This document shows, piece by piece, positions 39,895-48,956 of a stretch of DNA of 64,000 nucleotides. The notes under the pieces are model-generated. The model worked only from the letters and a program-made list of their open reading frames with translations. It was not told where the DNA came from and searched no databases. Each line of letters begins with the position of its first letter. The stretch's first letter is position 1. The stretch comes from Flavobacteriales bacterium (lineage in GTDB: Bacteria > Bacteroidota > Bacteroidia > Flavobacteriales > UBA7430): NCBI GenBank assembly GCA_965662265.1, contig CBFIGX010000003.1:8608-72607 (forward strand), in the 5' to 3' direction. The translations under genes were made by a program, and so were the position numbers.

Positions 39895-40013
39895 AATCTA
39901 TAAAGCTGTTCTGTGTAAAATTAATCAATACTTAAAGAAGTACTGGGGTTGATTTACACCTATTTATGGTTAGTTTGGAAGTTTTCATTTGTATATTCGA
40001 CAAAATTTTAAGT

Positions 40014-40946
40014 ATGTCTAAAAAAGAATACGACTCTGGTAAAAGGGTAGGGAAGTCAAAATTGCAGAAGCACGCAGCACGTCAAAAGGCCGCAGATCAA
40101 AAAAAACGTCATTCTGATCCCGACAACCGAAGTCAAGACAGAAGAATGGCCGCTGAAAATAAGAAAAACTATTCTAGAAGGTCTGTAACTGATGCCAGAA
40201 AAGTTTTCAGTAAGCCAAAGTCAGACACCATCAAAGATGGTAGAGTACGCATAAATAAATTTTTGGCACAGGGAGGAACCTGTTCACGAAGAGAGGCCGA
40301 AAAGTTTATAGTTGCAGGTGCAGTAACAATTAATGGAAAAGTAGTTACAGATCTGAGCTATAAGGTGGCATCTTCAGATTTAGTCAAATTTAATGGTCAA
40401 ACGATTAGAGGAGAAAAAAAGAAATATATTCTATTAAATAAACCTAAAGATTTTATTACCACTACATCTGACGATAGAGGAAGGAAAACTGTAATGCAGC
40501 TGATTGAAAAAGCATGTAAAGAGCGGGTATACCCTGTCGGGAGACTCGATAGAAATACAACCGGCTTATTGCTTTTTACAAATGATGGCGATTTGGCAAA
40601 AAAATTAATTCATCCAAAACACAGTGTTCGTAAAATATATCATGTGACCCTCAATAAAAAACTATCTAAACATCATTTATCATCTATATCTAAAGGGGTA
40701 GTTCTTGAAGATGGCCTTGCACCTGTAGACGAAGTTTCATTTATAGATGGTGCACCACACAATCAGATAGGAATAGAGTTGCACATCGGTAGAAACCGAA
40801 TTGTTAGACGAATATTTGAAAGTCTTGGATACGAAATAGTACACTTAGATCGAGTTGTGTTTGGTAATTTGACGAAAAAAGACTTGAAAAGAGGTTCATG
40901 GAAATACCTTGATAAAAAAGAGTTAGATCTTTTACGTATGGTATAA
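40014..40946 (+). CDS. rRNA pseudouridine synthase (RsuA/RluB family) with a basic N-terminal extension
   Basis: S4-like domain (RINKFLAQGGTCSRREAEKFI) and catalytic GRLDRNTTGLLLFTNDG. I chose the ATG at 40014. Confidence 0.85.
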   Translation: MSKKEYDSGKRVGKSKLQKHAARQKAADQKKRHSDPDNRSQDRRMAAENKKNYSRRSVTDARKVFSKPKSDTIKDGRVRINKFLAQGGTCSRREAEKFIVAGAVTINGKVVTDLSYKVASSDLVKFNGQTIRGEKKKYILLNKPKDFITTTSDDRGRKTVMQLIEKACKERVYPVGRLDRNTTGLLLFTNDGDLAKKLIHPKHSVRKIYHVTLNKKLSKHHLSSISKGVVLEDGLAPVDEVSFIDGAPHNQIGIELHIGRNRIVRRIFESLGYEIVHLDRVVFGNLTKKDLKRGSWKYLDKKELDLLRMV

Positions 40947-40981
40947 TTTTTAATACATTAATGTTAAAAATTTAAAAGATC

Positions 40982-41629
40982 ATGTTCAAAAAAGCACTAC
41001 TGGTTGCGATAATACTCGCTTCAGCACAGATATGTGCACAAGACAGAGCTCTATTATCAGGAACAAAAATAGGGACCTCTTTTAGTACTTTTTCAGGATG
41101 GAGAGAAACGAAGCTTCTTACAAGTCCAACTATTGGCGTATTTGTAAACATTCCAGTTTCAGAAAAGTTTTCATTATTAATGGGCGTTGATGTTTGCACT
41201 ATAGGATATAATGAAAAAAATGTAAGCTCTAATGGAGATGTTTCATATAGCCCACAACCAATCGGAGCAATAGCTATACCTCTAATTTCAAAATATTATT
41301 TAACTAAAGGATTTCACCTGCAAGGTGGTGGAGAGTTATCTGTATTGATGGATTTGGTGGGAGAGGACGGGCAATATCATAAGTACAATAGCGGATTAAT
41401 TACAGGTGTGGGATATGACTTTTCAATAATACAAATCTATTTTAGATATATCCACGGAATTACTAATCTTAGTAAGGCTCTAAATTATTGGGGTGGCATT
41501 GCAGAAGAACCAGAATTTTTTGATTTTACCGAAAAAAATAGAGTATTCCAAGTTGGATTAGAGTTTAGACTTTACAAGAAAAAAGAAAGAGTAAAGAATC
41601 AAAAGTTCGGAAAATACAAGAAGCCTTAA
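40982..41629 (+). CDS. Outer-membrane beta-barrel (porin-family) protein
   Basis: Signal peptide MFKKALLVAIILASAQICAQ and alternating beta-strand pattern. Confidence 0.55.
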   Translation: MFKKALLVAIILASAQICAQDRALLSGTKIGTSFSTFSGWRETKLLTSPTIGVFVNIPVSEKFSLLMGVDVCTIGYNEKNVSSNGDVSYSPQPIGAIAIPLISKYYLTKGFHLQGGGELSVLMDLVGEDGQYHKYNSGLITGVGYDFSIIQIYFRYIHGITNLSKALNYWGGIAEEPEFFDFTEKNRVFQVGLEFRLYKKKERVKNQKFGKYKKP

Positions 41630-41655
41630 TAATTCAATTTGTCAAAAATAAGCAA

Positions 41656-42810
41656 ATGCACTTAAACTACAGTCCCACGGGTTTGAACAAATACGCTTTA
41701 CTAGTTATAGCAATACTTATTGGTTTTACTATACTATGGTTTACCAATGATTTGGTTGAAGATTTAAGCGTAGAGGAACGAAATAAGGTGAATATATGGG
41801 CTAAAGCAACTGAGCAAACAACAGATATTGAGCATTTGGATGAAGATGTAAGTTTTGTATTTGAGGTTATTAATCATAATAACACTATTCCTGTTATACT
41901 TACCAATGAAAGTGGTCAAATTTTATATCATAAAAATTTCCCTCCAAACAAAGTTGATAATGATAATTACCTTAATAACCAGCTAGAGTGGATGATTCAA
42001 AATCGCCAGCCAATTGTATTTGAATATGCTGATGGTAAACGTAATAAGATTTATTTTAAAGATTCTATTATACTCACTAAGTTAAGGTACTTCCCGTATG
42101 TTATTTTGTTTGTAGTAAGCTTTTTTGTATTGTTGGCTTATTTAGCATTTAACGCATCAAGAAGATCAGAGCAAAATAAAGTCTGGGCTGGAATGGCACG
42201 AGAAACTGCGCATCAAATAGGAACTCCACTATCTTCACTTATGGGGTGGGTAACAATCCTTCAGGACCAAGGTGAAAATAGAGATATTGCCTTTGAAATG
42301 AATAAAGATTTGTTGCGCTTACAGTCTATTGCCGAACGTTTTTCTCATATTGGATCAATTCCAACACTAGAATTAACAAATATTAGCAATGTTTTAGAAA
42401 AGACATTTTACTACATGAAAGATCGTAGTTCTTCCAAAATAGATTTTATACTAAAGCGACAAGGCACTAATATTAAAACTCAACTAAATCCGCAACTTTT
42501 TGGTTGGGTTATCGAGAATATAATGCGCAATGCCATTGATGCTATTGATGGAGTTGGAACTATAACCGTATCTCTTACAGAAGACAGTTCAACAATATAT
42601 ATAGATGTTGCGGATTCTGGTAAAGGGATTATTAGTAATAATCATAAAAGTGTATTTGATCCTGGCTATACTACTAAAAAAAGAGGCTGGGGTCTAGGGC
42701 TATCATTAGTAAAGCGAATTGTTGATGACTATCACAAAGGCCAGGTTTTTGTTCTTAAGTCTATACGAGAAAAGGGAACGACTTTTAGAATTAAATTACC
42801 TAAAAGCTAA
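41656..42810 (+). CDS. Sensor histidine kinase (two TM segments, no adjacent response regulator)
   Basis: H-box ARETAHQIGTPLSSL. HATPase boxes NIMRNAIDA, DSGKGI and GWGLGLSLV. Confidence 0.8.
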   Translation: MHLNYSPTGLNKYALLVIAILIGFTILWFTNDLVEDLSVEERNKVNIWAKATEQTTDIEHLDEDVSFVFEVINHNNTIPVILTNESGQILYHKNFPPNKVDNDNYLNNQLEWMIQNRQPIVFEYADGKRNKIYFKDSIILTKLRYFPYVILFVVSFFVLLAYLAFNASRRSEQNKVWAGMARETAHQIGTPLSSLMGWVTILQDQGENRDIAFEMNKDLLRLQSIAERFSHIGSIPTLELTNISNVLEKTFYYMKDRSSSKIDFILKRQGTNIKTQLNPQLFGWVIENIMRNAIDAIDGVGTITVSLTEDSSTIYIDVADSGKGIISNNHKSVFDPGYTTKKRGWGLGLSLVKRIVDDYHKGQVFVLKSIREKGTTFRIKLPKS

Positions 42811-43940
42811 TGGCAGGACTATATATTCATATACCATTCTGTAAGCAAGCATGTAATTATTGTGACTTTCATTTTTCAGTATCATTTAAATTAAAACAAG
42901 AAATTATTGATAGCCTTAAAGAAGAAATGATACTCAGAAGGAATGAATTTGAAAATTTAACTGTTTCTAGTGTCTATTTTGGCGGCGGCACTCCCTCCAT
43001 ACTTACTAAGGATCAGATTAATGACTTATTAAATCATATTTATGATTATTTTGATATTTGCCAAAATGCAGAGATTACCCTAGAGGCTAACCCGGATGAC
43101 ATAGACCATTCGATGCTTCAGGAACTAAAACTTACCCGTATTAATAGACTAAGTATCGGAATACAGTCTTTTGTGCAAAAGGATCTAGATTTTATGAATA
43201 GGGCGCATTCCTCTTCAGAAGCGATAGCATCCGTAAAAAGTGCTAAAGATGTTGGTTTTGAAAACATATCTATTGATTTAATATATGGTGTTCCCGGTAT
43301 GTCCAATAAAGATTGGCGGTATAATATTAGTTTGGCATTAAGCTTAGGAGTAAATCACATTTCATCTTATGCTTTGACTGTTGAAGAAAAAACACCTTTA
43401 TACCATCACATAAAAAATAAGAAAGTATCTGCAATCGATGAAGACCAGACGATAGAACAATTTCAGATTTTAATCCACGAGATGGAGAAAAATCAATTTG
43501 AACATTATGAAATTTCAAATTTTTGCAGAAATAATAACTATAGTAAACATAATAGTTTGTACTGGGAAAATCAACCATATATGGGAATTGGTCCTTCGTC
43601 TCACTCTTATAATGGTACAGAAAGAATGTGGAATGTTTCTAATAACATCAAATATATTAATGCAATAAAACGAGGTGTTACTCCTCAGTATCGAGAAACA
43701 TTGACAATTTCCCAGCGTTATAATGAATATGTCATGACGAAACTTCGAACATCGTGGGGTTGTGATACCGTTTATATAGCCCATCAGTTTTCTTCGTATT
43801 ATAAAAAGCATTTTATTGAAATGTCTAAATATTACGTCACGCAAGGTTATTTATTTGTCTCTGGAACAAACTATAAGTTAACTAATGAAGGAAAATTAAT
43901 TGCTGATAGGATAAGCTCAGAACTTTTTGTTATTGATTAA
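42810..43940 (+). CDS. hemW: Radical SAM heme chaperone HemW
   Basis: LYIHIPFCKQACNYCDF (CxxxCxxC), GGGTPS, and an HemN_C-like C-terminus. Its start overlaps the kinase stop (TAATG). Confidence 0.9.
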   Translation: MAGLYIHIPFCKQACNYCDFHFSVSFKLKQEIIDSLKEEMILRRNEFENLTVSSVYFGGGTPSILTKDQINDLLNHIYDYFDICQNAEITLEANPDDIDHSMLQELKLTRINRLSIGIQSFVQKDLDFMNRAHSSSEAIASVKSAKDVGFENISIDLIYGVPGMSNKDWRYNISLALSLGVNHISSYALTVEEKTPLYHHIKNKKVSAIDEDQTIEQFQILIHEMEKNQFEHYEISNFCRNNNYSKHNSLYWENQPYMGIGPSSHSYNGTERMWNVSNNIKYINAIKRGVTPQYRETLTISQRYNEYVMTKLRTSWGCDTVYIAHQFSSYYKKHFIEMSKYYVTQGYLFVSGTNYKLTNEGKLIADRISSELFVID

Positions 43941-44086
43941 TGCCAAACTTACTTAAACCCTAGTTTATTTTGTCTTAATGTATAAAGTTAACTCCTATTA
44001 TGATTCATAAGTTTTTAGATTAAGCGTTCACAATTTCAAGTTCAATGGATACTATATCCTCATTAAAACAGAAAATCAAACAAATA

Positions 44087-44788
44087 CTAAAGGAACTTTA
44101 TGAATTGGGTGATATAATAAATAGGAACAGTAATAAATAGTGCCGGAAGAATATTGCTAACTTTTATTTTGACTAGTTCAAGTATATTTAATCCAATTGC
44201 TAAAATTAAACATCCACCCACTGCTGTTATTTCAGTTATTAGAGCTGCTGGTAAATAAGGTTCTAGAAAAACTGCTGACAGAGTTATAATAGATTGAAAT
44301 AAGAGAAGTGGAAATGCAGAAAATAACACACCATATCCAAAATTAGATGCGAGTAATATTGATGTGATTCCATCCATTAAACTTTTTGTATAAAGAAGTG
44401 TCCTGTCTTGGTGAATTCCTTCTTCTATGGCGCCTACAATTGTCATAGATCCAATACAATATAGAACAAAAGCAGTAATAAGACCTTTGGAAAAGTTTTT
44501 ATTGGTACTCTTTATTTTTATTTTTAGTTGTTCGCTTTTCTTTTCTATAAAGCGATCAATATCAATATATTCACCAATGAGCCCCCCTAGGATTAGACAA
44601 ATGAGAAGTGTTAATAAATTTTGAGAGCTTTGCGCCATTTTAACGCCTAATACAATAGTAAACAAGCCGATACATTCAAAGCTAATACGTTTCACTTTTT
44701 CAGGAAGAAGTTCACCAAATTTGATTCCAATAATACTTCCTATTAAAACTGCTAAAGCGTTTACAATACTTCCTATTGGGATAATCAT
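44087..44788 (-). CDS. DUF554-like membrane protein
   Basis: Multi-TM protein. The opening MIIPIGSIVNALAVLIGSIIG resembles YdfK/DUF554 proteins as I recall them. Confidence 0.6.
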   Translation of the reverse strand: MIIPIGSIVNALAVLIGSIIGIKFGELLPEKVKRISFECIGLFTIVLGVKMAQSSQNLLTLLICLILGGLIGEYIDIDRFIEKKSEQLKIKIKSTNKNFSKGLITAFVLYCIGSMTIVGAIEEGIHQDRTLLYTKSLMDGITSILLASNFGYGVLFSAFPLLLFQSIITLSAVFLEPYLPAALITEITAVGGCLILAIGLNILELVKIKVSNILPALFITVPIYYITQFIKFL

Positions 44789-44814
44789 AAAGTTTATTTA
44801 TAAATCAATAAAAG

Positions 44815-45117
44815 TTAGAGTAATATTTCATCAAATTGCTTACTGTTTAAGCTCACATGTATAATGTTGCTAGGCGAAATATGCAATTGAGTAGATTCAT
44901 TTGCATGCATAAACTCCACATAGGTTGATTTGCATGAAGTGGTAACGTATGAAAACTCTCTGTTATTCAAGCGGTCTTTATAAATAGTAGTATCACTAAT
45001 AATACTAACTGTTTGTATTTTAGGATTCGTTATTTTACGAGAGATGTCAACCTGTATTCTCTCAGATGAACATCCATTAATAATAATAACACTAATTAGC
45101 AATAAAAATTTTATCAT
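44815..45117 (-). CDS. Small lipoprotein, hypothetical
   Basis: MIKFLLLISVIIINGCSS lipobox. Confidence 0.45.
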   Translation of the reverse strand: MIKFLLLISVIIINGCSSERIQVDISRKITNPKIQTVSIISDTTIYKDRLNNREFSYVTTSCKSTYVEFMHANESTQLHISPSNIIHVSLNSKQFDEILL

Positions 45118-45157
45118 AATATGGCTGTGTTAGGCTAATGTACTGAAAAATAAATGC

Positions 45158-46237
45158 TTATTTTTTGCAGTGATAAATGATAAATTTATCATTTTCTTTA
45201 AATACTTCAGTTCTAGAGAAAAGTTTGCTCAAATGTGTATATAAGTTTAAGTGCTTACTTGTTACCATTTGGAACTCTCCATTAAGTACTAATTTTCTTT
45301 TTACTTCTTTAAATAAGTCTAATGCAACTTCGATGTTATTCTCATGATCAAAATGAAAGGGCGGATTTGAGAGGACAAGATCTATAGAATCATCTTCGAT
45401 ATCTTCTAAACAATTATTATAGTGAAATTGAAAATTGCCTTCTTGAATATTTAGTTTCGATGACTCTATGGCAAGAATTGAATCATCTAATAAATGAAAA
45501 TGGGACTTTGGGTTTTGTAAATAGCCATAGTAAGCAATAATTCCATTTCCAGAAGCTAAATCTAATACATTTTTTGCAGTAGGTTTAAGTGTTAAGTTTT
45601 GAATAAAAAACTGACTCGCAAAGTCGATTTTTTTTGCAGAAAACACACCAAAGAATTGATAGAAAATAGATTTATTTGTCAGAGTAATATTGTGCACAAA
45701 GTTTTTTTGAGGGCTTGTTTTTTTATTCTTTAAAAGTAGTAATCTTGATTTTTTCCAAGCCCTAGATTGTTTGTATTCCTCAAAATATTGGTGTACTATT
45801 TTTAATAATTGTGGGCTAAAGTGCTTGGTCATAAAAGCACATACAACAATACCATCGGTTGATAAATGTTTATGTATGTTAGAGAGCTGTAGCTCAAATA
45901 AATCAATAGATTTGGGTATTTTTATAATTGCGAGATTTGATATCCTACTAAAATTTTGCAGTTCATGGATTATGCTAATTTCAGAATTAATATTGTTCGC
46001 TTTAATATTGGCCTGAATTGCTTTTTCTTGACTTTTATAATTACAAATTACTATAGGATTCGTTTTATTTAGGTGTGTACATAAATAACCAAACCTATCA
46101 TTATACACGATAGGTTTGGTTACATAAACATCTTCTTCTTTAAGATATTTTAAGATATGTTCATCTGCAGCACTCCAAGCTTTTAGTGAGCTATTTTTTG
46201 TTGTAGGATATCTTTTTATGGATATGTTCGCGTCCAT
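45158..46237 (-). CDS. Class I SAM-dependent methyltransferase, RsmC/RlmG-like (rRNA guanine-N2)
   Basis: VLDLASGNGII SAM-binding motif and NPPFH catalytic motif. The two-domain size matches RlmG/RsmC. Confidence 0.7.
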   Translation of the reverse strand: MDANISIKRYPTTKNSSLKAWSAADEHILKYLKEEDVYVTKPIVYNDRFGYLCTHLNKTNPIVICNYKSQEKAIQANIKANNINSEISIIHELQNFSRISNLAIIKIPKSIDLFELQLSNIHKHLSTDGIVVCAFMTKHFSPQLLKIVHQYFEEYKQSRAWKKSRLLLLKNKKTSPQKNFVHNITLTNKSIFYQFFGVFSAKKIDFASQFFIQNLTLKPTAKNVLDLASGNGIIAYYGYLQNPKSHFHLLDDSILAIESSKLNIQEGNFQFHYNNCLEDIEDDSIDLVLSNPPFHFDHENNIEVALDLFKEVKRKLVLNGEFQMVTSKHLNLYTHLSKLFSRTEVFKENDKFIIYHCKK

Positions 46238-46260
46238 AATCTATTATAACTAAAGATTTA

Positions 46261-47523
46261 TCAAAGGTTAAATATATCTTTAATTTTAGTTACATAATCA
46301 AGTTTTTCCCAAGGGAAGGTTTCAACTTCTCTACTTATAGTTCTCCCGCCTCCAAGTTCAAAATGAATAGTTTTTCTTTTTGATTGTCTTCCCATATGAC
46401 CATAAGCTGCTGTTTCACTGTAAATAGGGTCTTTCAGTTTGAATCTTTCAACAATAGAAGCTGGTCTCATATCAAAAATGGCATTTACTTTTTTGGCAAT
46501 TTTACTATCACTTTCGCCAATTTTAGAGCTACCATAGCTGTCTATAAAGATGTTCATAGGTTCTGCGACTCCAATTGCATAGGCTACTTGAACAAGTATT
46601 TGATCTGCAACTCCAGCTGCTACCAAATTCTTTGCAATATGCCTAGTAGCATAGGCGGCTGATCTATCTACTTTTGAAGGGTCTTTTCCCGAAAAAGCAC
46701 CGCCGCCATGAGCGCCTTTTCCACCATATGTGTCTACAATTATTTTTCGCCCTGTTAGTCCTGTATCTCCATGAGGGCCTCCAATTACAAATTTTCCTGT
46801 TGGATTTATATGATAGGTAATTTCTGAATCGAACAACTGCACAATATGTGGAGGTAATTTGGTTTTTACTCTTTCAATAAGAATATTTTCGACATCGTTT
46901 TTAATTTTAGCTAGCATAGCGCTTTCTTCACCAAACTCATCGTGTTGTGTAGATATAACTATTGTGTCGATTCTTTCTGGTACATTATTATCTGAATATT
47001 GAATTGTTACCTGAGATTTAGCATCTGGCCTTAGGTAATCCATAGCCGAATTATCTTCCTTTCTAATTTCAGCTAATTCTTCAAGGATTAAATGAGATAG
47101 GCTTAATGCTAAAGGCATATAATTGTCTGTTTCATTAGTGGCATAGCCAAACATCATTCCTTGATCGCCAGCGCCTTGTTCACTGTGTAGACCTTTACCT
47201 TCTTCAACCCCTTGATTGATGTCTTCAGATTGTCCATGTAATGTAGAAATTATGCCACAAGACTCAGCATCAAATTTATATTCAGATTTTGTATATCCTA
47301 TTTTGCGGATTACATTTCTAGCTTGTAATTGAAGATCCACCCATGCGTTAGATTTAACTTCTCCACTGATTACTGTAAGCCCTGTAGTAACCATTGTTTC
47401 ACATGCTACTTTAGATTCTGGGTCCTGTGCTAAAAACGCGTCAAGAACTGCATCAGAAATTTGATCGGCTACCTTGTCTGGATGTCCTTCAGATACAGAT
47501 TCAGAAGTGAAAAAATACGACAT
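46261..47523 (-). CDS. metK: Methionine adenosyltransferase
   Basis: [44 protein letters not shown]. Confidence 0.95.
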   Translation of the reverse strand: MSYFFTSESVSEGHPDKVADQISDAVLDAFLAQDPESKVACETMVTTGLTVISGEVKSNAWVDLQLQARNVIRKIGYTKSEYKFDAESCGIISTLHGQSEDINQGVEEGKGLHSEQGAGDQGMMFGYATNETDNYMPLALSLSHLILEELAEIRKEDNSAMDYLRPDAKSQVTIQYSDNNVPERIDTIVISTQHDEFGEESAMLAKIKNDVENILIERVKTKLPPHIVQLFDSEITYHINPTGKFVIGGPHGDTGLTGRKIIVDTYGGKGAHGGGAFSGKDPSKVDRSAAYATRHIAKNLVAAGVADQILVQVAYAIGVAEPMNIFIDSYGSSKIGESDSKIAKKVNAIFDMRPASIVERFKLKDPIYSETAAYGHMGRQSKRKTIHFELGGGRTISREVETFPWEKLDYVTKIKDIFNL

Positions 47524-47560
47524 ATTGTATTCTTATTATAAGTTGATAAAAAATGTAATT

Positions 47561-47632
47561 CTGATTTTGCTTAGCGGTAGGTACTGCTTTAGCCTTTTTT
47601 ATAGTGGTAGCAATCAGTCAAATCTATCCACT
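47561..47632 (-). promoter_or_regulatory. Candidate structured element (pseudoknot-type pairing) in the metK 5' leader
   Basis: On the minus strand, AGUGGAUAG pairs with CUACCACU. The intervening loop segment CUGAUUG is complementary to downstream CAAAAUCAG. Class unassigned. Confidence 0.3.
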
Positions 47633-47639
47633 TTATATG

Positions 47640-47647
47640 CAAATATA
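47640..47647 (-). promoter_or_regulatory. -7 promoter box TATATTTG for metK
   Basis: TAnnTTTG match on the minus strand, 116 nt upstream of the metK ATG. Confidence 0.45.
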
Positions 47648-47694
47648 CTCAATTACTTTAAGTAAAAGTGGATTGGTGAAAAGCGTTGTAAATA

Positions 47695-48594
47695 TTATTG
47701 GGTAAGTTCCTGAAATACGTCTTCTAATTTTTGCTCTTCCATATTCATTTGAAGAACAGAGGTGCTCTGATTAACGGCCAGTTGAAATAATTCAGGTCTT
47801 ACATCATATTTGGAGTCAGTGTAAATTTTGAATTTTTTACTACTTAATTCTACCACCTTTAGAACATTATCTAGGTATTCGATTTTTTTAGAAGGGATAT
47901 GATCACCAAATTCTACTGTAACAATAGCTCGGTTTCCTTTATTTTTTTGTAATGAATTAATGCTTTTATTGGCAACAACATTTCCTTTGCTAATAATAAT
48001 TACTCTATCACATATTGCCTCAACTTCTTGCATTATATGTGTTGATAACATCACAGTTTTTTCTTTACCTATTTCTTTAATTAAAGCTCTAATTTCAACA
48101 AGTTGGTTTGGATCTAACCCAGTTGTAGGTTCGTCCAAAATAAGCACTTCCGGATTGTGTATAAGAGCTTGTGCTAGTCCAACCCTTTGCCTATACCCTT
48201 TTGATAGAGAGCCGATTTTTTTATGCTTTTCATTTTGTAAACCGATTTTGTTAAGCATAAGTGCAATGCTGGTTTTATCGACTTTGTAGATGTCTGCAAT
48301 AAATTCTAAATACTCTACAACAAACATCTCGGTGTATAGTGGGTTATGTTCGGGTAGGTAGCCTATTTTTCTTTTGATTTCAAGAGGGTTTTCTTGGGTG
48401 TCAATTCCACAAATTTTTGCATACCCAGATGATTGAGGTATGTAGCCTGTTAAAATCTTCATCATAGTTGATTTTCCAGCACCGTTAGGTCCTAAAAACC
48501 CTACAATCTCACCTTTTTTAATTTCAAAACATACGTTCGATAAAGCTTTTTGATCTCCGTATATCTTTTCAATATTTGTAACCTTTATAGACAT
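47695..48594 (-). CDS. gldA: ABC transporter ATP-binding protein, GldA-like (no adjacent permease gene)
   Basis: Walker A GPNGAGKST, signature LSKGYRQR, Walker B LILDEPT. About 300 aa with a C-terminal extension, and a stand-alone ATPase as gldA is. The symbol is tentative. Confidence 0.6.
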   Translation of the reverse strand: MSIKVTNIEKIYGDQKALSNVCFEIKKGEIVGFLGPNGAGKSTMMKILTGYIPQSSGYAKICGIDTQENPLEIKRKIGYLPEHNPLYTEMFVVEYLEFIADIYKVDKTSIALMLNKIGLQNEKHKKIGSLSKGYRQRVGLAQALIHNPEVLILDEPTTGLDPNQLVEIRALIKEIGKEKTVMLSTHIMQEVEAICDRVIIISKGNVVANKSINSLQKNKGNRAIVTVEFGDHIPSKKIEYLDNVLKVVELSSKKFKIYTDSKYDVRPELFQLAVNQSTSVLQMNMEEQKLEDVFQELTQ

Positions 48595-48695
48595 ATAGCG
48601 CTAAGATAATTTATTTTGCATTTATTGGTCAATTTTAATAAATTCTATTTGTTACATATCTTATATTTCATACTTGATTGTTTTAGATTCAAAAT

Positions 48696-48703
48696 TATAT
48701 TTG
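48696..48703 (+). promoter_or_regulatory. -7-type promoter box TATATTTG with no downstream ORF
   Basis: TAnnTTTG match about 155 nt upstream of the orphan terminator at 48857. Confidence 0.3.
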
Positions 48704-48733
48704 GGCTATATTTTTCTTTTTTCTACATTTTTT

Positions 48734-48762
48734 TACCGTTAACTAAAGAAATTATACCGTTA
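48734..48762. repeat. Direct repeat TACCGTTAA x2, start-to-start spacing 20 bp
   Basis: Copies at 48734-48742 and 48754-48762, read directly from the sequence, in the gldA/rsgA divergent intergenic region. Confidence 0.6.
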
Positions 48763-48856
48763 AATAAATTTTTTTGGAGTTTTCAAAAAATGCCTTTACG
48801 TTAGAGTCATGTTATAATTAAATGTGTTGTTCTACCATCTATGCAGAATAACAATT

Positions 48857-48887
48857 AAAGGGCTCAAATGGGGCCCTTTTTTCTTTT
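48857..48887 (+). terminator. Orphan rho-independent terminator (AAAGGGC-N9-GCCCTTT followed by a T-run)
   Basis: Perfect 7-bp stem with a GC core, followed by TTTTTTCTTTT on the + strand. No credible upstream + strand CDS. Confidence 0.5.
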
Positions 48888-48943
48888 AACAATTAAGATG
48901 TCAGATATTTTATTTAAATACACTATTCTAATTTACCATGTAT

Positions 48944-48951
48944 TATCTTTG
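48944..48951 (+). promoter_or_regulatory. -7 promoter box TATCTTTG directly upstream of rsgA
   Basis: TAnnTTTG match ending 5 nt before the ATG at 48957. Confidence 0.4.
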
Positions 48952-48956
48952 TTTTT

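Noticed and set aside
47524-47694. SAM-I (S-box) riboswitch upstream of metK
   Set aside because: I looked for the conserved S-box features as I remember them (a GAGGGA-type kink-turn segment, a GCCC/GGGC pairing, a GCAACC segment) and found none. Only a different pseudoknot-type scheme is visible, and that is reported separately at low confidence.
48616-48804. 62-aa ORF in the gldA/rsgA spacer
   Set aside because: It starts at a TTG, is extremely Phe/Ile/Leu/Tyr-rich as expected from translating T-rich intergenic DNA, and begins upstream of the only promoter-like box in the spacer.
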